Positions 54,482 through 64,000 of a stretch of DNA of 64,000 nt are shown here, one piece after another (the first letter of the stretch is position 1; the number at the start of each line of letters is the position of its first letter). A model generated the notes under the pieces. It worked only from the letters and a program-made list of their open reading frames with translations, was not told the origin of the DNA and did no database searches. The position numbers and the translations under genes were made by a program. Source of the DNA: Podarcis vaucheri (taxonomy: Eukaryota); the NCBI GenBank assembly GCA_965113315.1, contig OZ220364.1. The stretch is one strand, 5' to 3'.

Positions 54482-55650
54482 CCGAGAAGTGGTTTCACCT
54501 TAAACACATGCGCGCCCGCGCGAAACACACGAAACACACACACCCGAGAGGGATGGCATTCCCGGTTGGGGGAGGGGGGAGGGGAGCTGTGAGGGGAGGG
54601 GGAGAGAGAGAGAGCGCGCTTGAGGAAAGAAGGAAGGAAGGAAGAATGGGTGGGTGGATGGATGAATAGCCGCGAACTCAACTGATTTGGGGAAGGCATC
54701 CCGGAAGAGAACCCTGCAAACGTGGGCAAGGGAAAGAAACTTTTTATCTTTTGTTGGGGGGGCTTGGGGAGGGGGGTGGGGGGCAAGGGTTTGGGGGTTG
54801 GGTGGGGAGGCTAGGGAAGAGAGGGTCTGGGAGATCAGAGCATGTTTATCTTTTACAGATCAAGTCGTGTGTGGTGATTTGAGGGTGGGAGGGGGGGACG
54901 TTACTCAGAATTTACAAAAGAAAATGCACTCAGGTGTGGGGAAATTGTGCAGTCCAAGAGCCCCACGCTACAGCTAACTATGCCTCTGAGAAACGAGACC
55001 AGAAGCCACTATACCTAGGGACGGGGGGGAGCAACAGGAAGGAGTCTGTCAACCTCAGCAAAGACGTTTTGGAAAAGTTTAAGAAACAAAAACCTTTTAA
55101 AAAACGTAAAACGAAGCAAAAAGACAAAAAATATTTTTCTGGGCTTCTATTGATGAGTTTTATCATCTCAGTTTACCTGGTTAACTTAAAAAAAAAAGTT
55201 TTAAAAAAGTTTGTGGCCTGACCTTTTAAGAGGGACACACGCACGCAAACACACACACCCAACACACAAACACACACACACACAAACAAAAGGAGTGCTT
55301 GCTGGTTATACCAAACCCTAATATTACTGCCTGCAGAGATAAAAAAAAGAAATAATAAAACTAAACAGAAAAAAACAAAAAAGGACAAAAACAATTGATA
55401 AAAATGAAGCATTTTCTTCTGACATTTTGGTCCTGCTTGAAAAATAAGAAAAAGAAATGACATCAAAAAATTACTAATTCCTCAGCTTCTTTATTTCTTT
55501 TTTCCTACTTTGTTTGAAAAAAAAAGTTGAAAAAAAACCTGTGGGATTGGGACTGTGAAATATTGCATGAAACAAAGTAAAAAGACAAATGATGAAAAAT
55601 TTTAAAAATCCTTTAAAAAAACAAAAATATTAAAAAAATGAATTTTTAAT
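54482..55650 (+). other. CACNA1A: CACNA1A 3'UTR (end approximate)
   Basis: Follows the TAA; A-rich; candidate poly(A) signals AATAAA 55354-55359 and ATTAAA 55629-55634. Blocks such as ttctgacattttggtcctgcttgaaa and gtgggattgggactgtgaaatattgcatga resemble the mammalian UTR end as recalled (not aligned). Confidence 0.7.
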
Positions 55651-58600
55651 TGAAATGTGCTTTATTGTTAGTTTCCTCATACTTTGCTCTCTTCCTCCCT
55701 CCTTCCCTTTCATCTTTTTCATTTATAATGCTACATAAAGCAAAATGTACAGCTATGTATTGTTGATGAGAAGTATTGGTTGCTGCTGTCTGAGCTGCAA
55801 AGAACGAACACCAAATCAGATCATTAAGCAGAAGCTGTTCAACAAGAGACCTTGAATCGAATGTGGGTCTTTCTATAATCTGATCATTCCCAAGTACACC
55901 TATATGTCTGTGTTCAACCACAACGGGATCTCTTACCTAGCTCTTCACCCTGACAGACACCTAGTTGGTTGTCTGTATATTTTTATACCATACCTGAGGC
56001 CCCTGTAGTCAACATCTGGAGTGATATGCTGAAAGCACCAGAGAATGAAGCCCTTTGTCTTCTCTCTTCATCACTGACCCAGCTGCTAGACACATCACAA
56101 GATTGGTGGATGAAATTCGCTATTGAATATATAATGAAAGTGTCATATGGTCTCCAAACCTATTTCCCCATTATAACACTGTCTGTCAATATTAGAGTAA
56201 TGTCAGGGCCAAAAATGGAATTGGGTGTGTGTTCAGTTTACATATGTTACTTTCACACATGTGATGGTGAACAATGCATATTTGCCACTATGTGTATATG
56301 TGATGGAGTGACATGGCCATTCCTGGCTTCCTTGTCTGTACCCAATTGACAGAAAAGATTGCAAACAAATATTTTCCACGTACAAGCAATGCATGTTTAC
56401 ATGTACATTCATACAAGAGTGGTTCTCAGGGTCATCACATAGAAACATTCTTATGGACTGTATTTGAGGCTATTTCAGCAGTTACTCCCCAACTATAAAT
56501 TGGCAAAAAAACTGATTATCACTAACAACTTCTTTGTAACAGAAGAGAAAGCTACTACACTGAAAGACCAGCTGGTGTACAGCAGCTGTGACTGAAACAC
56601 TCAAGAATAGCATTATTACTAGAGACAATTGTGGTCACAGGTCTAGCCCTGTATCTGAATTCAGGCAAATCCCATATAAGTGGGCCACATGCAGGTCAGC
56701 ATCTTGGGCCCCTAACCTTTAATACCCCCAACTCTAGCAACCAAGCTTTTGAAAAAAGAATCACAGGGGCCCATTGAGCACAATCCGAAGGCAAGATCCC
56801 TTGTAGGTAAAACATACATGCTAAAGATTCAACCAGTTAATCTCAAATATAATGCACCATAATGGAACATTTTTATCTATGCCAGAAAAGCCTATCCTAT
56901 CAAGAGTTTATTTTAAAAATAATACTGTATAACACTTCCTCAACACTGATGGACCCTTGAGTAATGTCTGCTAGTTCAGCAAAGTACAAATGGAGTTTGC
57001 AATAAAAGTTTGGCTCACCGTTCTGCAATGCAGCAGGGCTTAGTTGACACTGTTTATCAGCACTGGGTAAGGATCTGTCTTGGGACCAGCAGCTGCATGT
57101 TCTCTCCATTGCTTGTAAAAGTGGAAGGCTAGAACATGCAAGAGACTCTTCAGAAGATACTGCTCCTGTGTTGCTCAACGCATGAGCAACTAGTAACTAG
57201 TCTCTGTATGAGCAGCATGGCAGCCTGCACCAATGGGGCATTCCAAATGCTTCCTCATGATCTGGAGCCCCAATCACATGAGTGCAGAATGGTGCTTGTG
57301 TTGTTTGTGTGAAGACTGGGAGTAGGACTATTCAGCATGCCCCTGCTCCTGTGTTGTCCAGGTTTCAGGACTTGGAGAGCTCATGGGCAAGACCTCTTCC
57401 ATGGTCCCTGCTCCCATAGTGAATATACCACCCCATCCCTATTAGCACCAGCTTGTGCTGCTCTTCTTTCTTGGCATTGCTGCCACCTCCTTGCTTGCCA
57501 GGTCAAAAGCCAGCAAGTTAGCAAGCAATCTATTGCTTTGCCTCACTACTGCTCTCATCTGGGTGAGAATGAGAAGTGGGCAAATAAGCAGGCTGCAGTG
57601 GTGAATAGGAGAAGAGGTGCAGGAGCCTGCCTGGGGTGTGGGCCCTTGGCAGATACTTGACCATGCTGACCACAGACACCAGTGTTAAGCAAAATGTGGG
57701 TGGCATCTTCTGAATAAAGTTAGAATGGCAGGAAGAACTAATGTGAGTATTCTCTGGGGACAGCACATTATTCTGCAGACATTGATCTAAGGACTAGAAG
57801 GGAATTTTGCTACACCACCCAACTTCCTCATGGATGTTCAGGTTCTATAATGAAGTCTCCAAGGAGCTGTCAACCAGAGTGTTAAATTTAAAAAAGCAAG
57901 ATGTATCACTAAGGTATGGCATCTCTCTCACACACATTCACTTATTTCCATTAAGAATGTGAATAAAATGTTTATCATTCCTTGATTTAAAATATAGGGA
58001 TACTGGCCACATTAATTTGCTTCAAGGACCAAATTTGGTGCGCAGGGGACCAAGTGGCAATCCCTGGATTCTAGCAGTGCTGCTGTCAGTTTGGCACCTG
58101 TAGGTGTGTTAATATGGGAGCAAGGAGAGATGGCCGTGGGTTCCTGATGTTCATGAAAGAAGCCAGTAACAAATAATGGCCACTAGTGGGGCTGCCTTTG
58201 ACATACGCTGGAACTAACAAAGCCCCACTTAGAGTTGGCAATAAGGGCAGTGTGTCTACATTTCCTTTTATAGCACTTGCATACCTTTAATTTGAAAGGT
58301 TTTCCATGAAGGTAGTAAGCCCCACTGCCTGTATGATGGCTGCAGAAATCTAAACTTGCTTTACAAGGCCTTAATTGACCATACTTCAGCACTAATGGTT
58401 TACCTAAAGTTGGAGTGAAGCCATAAACTATGGCAACTGCGTAGCAACTACACACATTGTTCACTGCATATCCACCTCATCAGTCACCCCATTACTATTC
58501 AAGCACCTGGGGAAACTGTTCAGTCTGGGAGCCTGGACATATGTTTCTGCATTCACAAGTGCAGTTCTGTCATTGAAAAAGGTAAGTTTCAGCATCATTT

Positions 58601-60102
58601 GCTGCATGGTGAGTCAACAGAGATCACTGCCCTCTCTACCAATGCAGGTTGTTGTTGGCCTCCATCTGTCTTGAGAGACAATGGAATGTGCCTCCAGGGG
58701 TGAAGTCTGCAGAGACTGGTAACTCGTAACTGCTGCCTCCCGCGTTGTTTCTGCTGAATGACCAGAACTGAAGTGACCTCTTTGGTGCAAGCCTGGGCTG
58801 TGCGTATGGAGGTCCTGGGCCAGCCAGACAACAAGACCTCATTCTCAGCATCACTGATGTGCTCTAAAAGAAACCAGAGAAAGACATTTGGGACAAGCTT
58901 GGCTGCAGGAGTTGCTGAAAGGAGACGTACAAGGCACCATCCAACTGTCTTAGGGACTCCATGGATTTGTGTAGGATTTACTCCTTAGCCATTTCTTCTC
59001 CCAAAGATGTCCCACAAGGCAGTGGGTATGGATTTTTCCTTGGGGTTTACCCCTGAAGCCTTTATCATGAATGAGTATAGCCACAAGCTATCGGAGGTTT
59101 AGGATCAGCGTTTTCCTTCTCCTAGATGGGCTATCTTCACATGTACATGAGCCCCTCCCCCCTCATTTCCTTCTACAGCATGTGCAGTAACTGCCTTCTG
59201 GACTCTTGGACCCACTGTTGATCTCATCCGCTTGATCTGCCAGAGCCTGTCTTCGCATGCAGGGAAAGTCCCTAACTCACTGAAGGTTTGAAACCCATTG
59301 GCTTCCCTCACTTGGTTTAGCCAGTCAATCAAAGCCATTTCCCGGGATATGGCTGCTGTCACATGCTGACAGATTCTATGAAGCTACACAGAAAATAAAG
59401 ACCAAGCTGGTAGCGGAGACAAAGTTCTGTTACTTGGTATCTCAGCAGAAAAGAAGATGCTAGCAGTCTGGATGTGCAAGTTCACACTTCCAAAGCGGTA
59501 AAGTGGTGTGCTGGCTGTCCCCAGAATACTTGTCGTAAGCATCATCTGGTGTTTGGATGAAAAACAAAAAAGAAACTGTCAAGCCTAGCCAAAAAGACAC
59601 CTCTTAAATCCTACATCCTACATCCATTACCTCCTAAAAACAAGAGAGAGTGACGTCTTAGAACTGGTACAGATGCAAACACTGTGGCTGCAATCCTTGG
59701 GAATATATCTCATTAAACTCAGCATGACTTACTTCTGCATAGTCATGCATAGGATTGAGTTGTATGCGTTTGTGTCGCTGTAAACAACCTGGATGGAACC
59801 TGTATCCTGTTAGCTGTACGTAGGTTGCCTGGGAAACTGAGGATAGATACCAAAGTAAAAATATTAAAAATGTTTAACATGAACTTGGGCTCCCCCCCCC
59901 TTTTTTTATAGGAAAGAGGATTTAAATCTTTTAACATCTAGCAGCAAAAACCCATCCCCAAGAATATCCCTATTTCCTCTTGATGGGTGGGAAAGCAATT
60001 TATCATTCCCTTCCCATATAATCCACAAAAGACCCCACTATACTAAGAGACAGAATAACAACACTGGACTACACTGAAGGTTTGTCATACACTACTGTCT
60101 CA

Positions 60103-60135
60103 CAACAACAACAACAACAACAACAACAACAGCAG
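60103..60135. repeat. (CAA)9(CAG)2 microsatellite upstream of the MAN2B1 promoter
   Basis: Read directly. Confidence 0.9.
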
Positions 60136-60519
60136 CACACACCCAGCAATATTACTACAGCAGTACTGAGTTTCTCGGCAGGGCTAACGCAACCCACACT
60201 TTCTCAACCACAAAGCAATTCACTACAGTTCAGATATACTAATAACATGGGGCAGGGCTTACATTTACATTGGCAGGTTCCGTTTAAAAGATGTATATAT
60301 TGTTATGCGTTTGGGTGGAGGAGTAGGGCTGCAGACGGAGACCCTTCTAATGCTTGAAGCCTCCTTCTAATTCTTGGAATAGCCAAGCCCTCCAAGGTCA
60401 TTAAGGGACCAAAGGGCACCACTCTGTGCCAGAGGACAAATGGGTTGGCCTCTCTCCCTTGGCAATGATGAGACCTAGAGGAAAAGCAGCAAGCTTTGCA
60501 GTTTTACGTTTCCTACTTC

Positions 60520-60768
60520 CTGCACTCGACAAAACAGGCGCTCAATTAATAGTCACCGCCCACTCTTCCCAGCCAGCCAATTGCAAGGGCTCCGTCAGCA
60601 TCGCGCAAAGTTAATTGAATGAGTTTCACAGCCGGGCCGCCCACCAATCGCTTTCGTTCCCCCCCCCACCCACGGAAGGCGTGGCTTGCCCGGAACCCTG
60701 CTCTAGCTGTCATGTGAGTGGCTGGTCACATGACCGCCTCTCTGGCAACTGCTGCAGGAGCGTCAGCT
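60520..60768 (+). promoter_or_regulatory. MAN2B1: MAN2B1 CpG-rich promoter with CCAAT boxes, GC box, ETS sites and two CLEAR/M-box E-boxes
   Basis: CCAAT at 60577 and 60644, ggccgccc ~60635, cggaag 60673, GTCATGTGA 60709-60717, GTCACATGAC 60725-60734; local CpG enrichment. Confidence 0.75.
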
Positions 60769-60846
60769 ATGGGGCTCCGCTCGGGTTTGGGGTTCTTGAT
60801 GGGGGCAGCGCTGGTGGCGGCAGCTGCGGCGACATGCGGCTACCAG
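60769..60846 (+). CDS. MAN2B1: MAN2B1 exon 1 coding part (signal peptide)
   Basis: gctATGg Kozak context; MGLRSGLGFLMGAALVAAAAATCGYQ|gtaagg; hydrophobic leader ending CGYQ (mammalian GGYE); an in-frame upstream ATG at 60730 is an alternative start. Confidence 0.82.
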
Positions 60847-63501
60847 GTAAGGCGGTCTGCGTCTGCACGGGTGTTATGGGGAAAGCCAAGGTGTCCCACT
60901 AAATTCTGGGTTCTGGCGCCGAAGAATGGAGAAGGTTGTGCGGGAGGTTGAGAGGCGCGGCGGTCTAGGAGGTGCCTATATGGAGAGAGTGGGATTCGTG
61001 AGGTCTAAACGAAAAGGGAGGTCGTACGGTGGGAGGAAACGGAGAGGATCCTCCGTTTAGGCTGCTCAAGAAAAAGATCGTGAAGAATCACTAAATAATT
61101 TTAAATGGTATTCTGCAGGAGTGCAGCAGTAGGGATTTATTTAAACCCAGGGTCCTTTTTGTAATCCATTGGGCAGGAAAACTGAGCAAAATTAGCAAGG
61201 TGACCTGCTATAAATACGGCTAGGCCATTACTTAACTGAAAAGAGGAAGCTTGGAGGATTCTGTAAAGAAAACCCTTCGAGAAAGGAAGCAAACTGATGG
61301 GGGACTCAAGACTATGTGTATAGCTTTGTCATTCTTCTTAATTCGTCTGAAATAACTGTTAACTACTGTATAACTATTTAGATCCTACAGCTGCACTCCC
61401 TATAAGGATGAGCTGAAAGGAGCAAGAGAGTGCCACTCTGTAAATTAGGCACAAGTGGATGGTAAGAGATAGTTGCTGAGGCCAGAATACTCTAAAGGAG
61501 GAACCTGAGAAAGGGGGTGGGTTGTAGTCATGAGAAAATTGTCAGATGCACAAAGGAAATGGGGTGGGAGGTGTGGCCAAACTGGGAAGATTCAGCTGCA
61601 GAAGAGACTGTTTTTGCATCTGGGACTGCCCACACAGTTCAGGTTTTAGTTTTGGTGCAGGGCTGAAGACTAAGAAAACAAGATTTGCCCCACTTAGACC
61701 ACACCAAGGTCTATCTGTTCCTGATATTAACCACCTATATACTTTTGATGGTCATTCCTGAATATCCAGTATTCTGATGCATCTGAGCATAATTTTATTG
61801 AGCTAATTTAGGCGTAGCTGACATTGTGCTTTGCAGATGCTGTTGGGCTACAGTTCTCACCATCACTGACCATTGGTCATGCTGACTGGCACTGATGGAA
61901 GTTGGGAGTTCAACACCTTCTGGAGGACACCATGTTTGCTGCCCCTTGATTTATTTTAAAGCTCTGTAGGCTAGTGGCCACAATCATATTCAGTGTTGGT
62001 TAATTCCGTAGACAGTGTGACTGAGAACCACCTTCAGCTTTCCACTGCTGTCCCCAAGGTTGTTTGGATGAAATCTGCTAATCCATTCTGCCTTTCCACA
62101 ACTGCAAATCTCCCAGAGAGCTGATGATTCTTGTTCTGTAAACACTGATGTTTTTGAGATGGGTTGAGAGCGTGGGCGGATTAGGGATTCAAGGCTAAGC
62201 ACTCTGGAAAGCTGATTCAGTGTTTGTTATTTCCCAATTAGCTATGTCCTTCATGTTTGATTTGCTACCTGACTTCCCTATCTACTTAATGTTGTTCCCT
62301 GGGCAACTCTCAGTCTGAATACTGAGCAAACTTAAGTCAAGGTAAAATCTCCTTTCTGTCCCTCAGGTTCTGGGAAATGGCTTCACTGAAGGTCAAATAC
62401 TTATCTTTGCACTCCTGATTCTCCTCTGTTAGTAAATTCTGTGCCTATGCACATCTCCACACTGGCAGCACAAATGGTCAGCTTCACATAGGCAAGGCAC
62501 AATAAACTGAGAGCAAATGCCAGGGTCAGATTGCTCACGGGGAGCAAGGTCTACTCTTGGAGTAATGAAATCCAGGCAACCTGTGAGACCTATAACACCT
62601 GAAAGCGGTAAACTGTTTCTGTTTGCCAGTGCAGCACAGCAGAAACATTCTAACTGTTAATCTGAATGTCCTCACTTTGTGGTTTCTACCCTTGCTTTGA
62701 GCAGTATCTTTTGACCCTCCAACCAGAGCTCTGCATTTTACATGGAAGAGAGTTGTGTTAGTGCAAAGATTAGTGCTAGTGCAATGGAGTTTCCCCAGAT
62801 CTGCTCTGGAGAGTGGGAGAAACTGGGGCAGATTTATGGAGCATGCAAGGCGAAAAACATTCCACCGCACAGGGAAAAATCTTAGCTCTGACAGAACATT
62901 ATACTTAGCTCTACACTGGGTACAACCCTAAACATTTTAGGCATCAGAGTTGTCTCATCTCAAGCTTTCAATAGATAATATATATTTATTCTGCCTTTAA
63001 TTTTCATGAATAACCTTTGATTTCTACTGTGTTACTTTAAGTGCTTCTATTGTGTTTTTTGGGAAGTGTTTCTCTTTTTTATCAACTGATTGTATATTTT
63101 ATTGTTAGTTGCCTTCAAGCCTTGTGCTAAAATGTGAGTTAGATTTTTTTTAATAAATAAAATCAGTGCTAGAACATTGTAGACCTCATTATCTGCTGTT
63201 CTGAAATCTTCTGAATTGTGCTTCTCTACAAGCAGCAAGGAATTCTGGATCCCAGCTATTGTAAGCAAAGGGTTTATATTTCAGTAGAAAAATTACTGTA
63301 CCACTGATACTGTATGCAAAATGTTTAGTTACCAATAGTATTAGCCAGTAGTGCTTCCCTATCTTGTAGCTAGCAGGAATTGTTCCTGCCTCCTTCACAG
63401 TTATACTGAGTTATACTACCTGTTTAGATGACTGTGGCTTTCCTGTGGCAGATTTTGAGATGTTTCCTTGTGTATATATTGTCTCTCCTGGCTCAGAAAT
63501 G

Positions 63502-63504
<3 letters not shown>

Positions 63505-63544
<40 letters not shown>
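63505..63544 (+). repeat. (TC)20 microsatellite forming the polypyrimidine tract of MAN2B1 exon 2
   Basis: Read directly; ends 7 nt before the exon start. Confidence 0.92.
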
Positions 63545-63546
<2 letters not shown>

Positions 63547-63551
63547 TTTAG

Positions 63552-63654
63552 TCCTGCCCAGTGACAAAGCCCGACATGCTCAATGTTCACCTTATCCCCC
63601 ACACACATGATGATGTGGGCTGGCTAAAGACTGTGGATCAGTATTTCTTTGGAG
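63552..63654 (+). CDS. MAN2B1: MAN2B1 exon 2, lysosomal alpha-mannosidase (GH38 N-terminus)
   Basis: 103 nt, tag| and |gtgagt; [34 protein letters not shown] with the GH38 Zn-binding HxD..GW motif; gene continues past the window. Confidence 0.93.
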
Positions 63655-64000
63655 GTGAGTTGAAACTGTGAAGTAAGCTTGTAAGCGGTCTCACAGCAAG
63701 GCCTGGCAAAAGGCTGTAAGTTTCTAGGATCCATACTTTAGGTTAAGCAAGAGCCCTTCTCTGAGTTTAGTGTTGAGTCTATGAAACGTGGCTCTAGGCA
63801 TAGTAGACCAGTGTGGACATGTTTGGATTACTTTCCCTCCTTGAAACGGGGGATCAGTCCACAGGGCTGGGCTGCCTCGCCTTTTGACTGACTGGACCGT
63901 GTTGGGGGAATGATGCCCTAGTGGAGCAAAACCTTGTACCTCATTTCCAACAGACAATTGCAACAATCCTTAGTGTTTATATATGTCATAAAAGGCAGTT

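Noticed and set aside
53817-54503. 228-aa alternative-frame ORF and antisense ORFs over exon 47
   Set aside because: Expected from GC-rich, stop-poor sequence; the listed start is not an ATG
59690-59760. Minus-strand gtaagt donor
   Set aside because: Lies within a common squamate palindromic repeat (gcaatcct...aggattg), so it is not evidence for an exon
60082-60357. PolyQ-containing 91-aa ORF
   Set aside because: Produced by a (CAA)n microsatellite, with a non-ATG start and no splice support

Overview
Vertebrate genomic DNA, most likely a squamate reptile and probably a lacertid lizard, judged from Sauria/Squam-type SINEs and squamate MITEs (inference). Positions ~1-55650 (+) hold the 3' end of CACNA1A (Cav2.1 P/Q-type channel alpha1A). 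This covers exons 32-47 in human numbering, which splice into one open frame, including mutually exclusive exons 37a/37b, the 36-nt exon 44, the poly-His exon 46, the GGCAG alternative acceptor of exon 47 and the 3'UTR. About 5 kb downstream on the same strand are the promoter and first two exons of MAN2B1 (lysosomal alpha-mannosidase). The introns carry L1, L2, CR1 and Penelope fragments, SINEs, and Tc1/mariner- and hAT-type MITEs. The most interesting signal is a set of candidate small exons I do not recognise from the standard exon set in the Cav2.1 C-terminal region: a 28-nt poison exon behind four RBFOX motifs, a 12-nt GRAQ microexon or recursive splice site, and a possible duplicate of exon 44. 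Other highlights are a C-terminus ending DDCC instead of DDWC, a (CAG)5 at the SCA6-equivalent position, a duplicated splice donor, a GC-AG intron and a sense-strand minimal hammerhead ribozyme. Almost all other ORFs in the supplied track are spurious.
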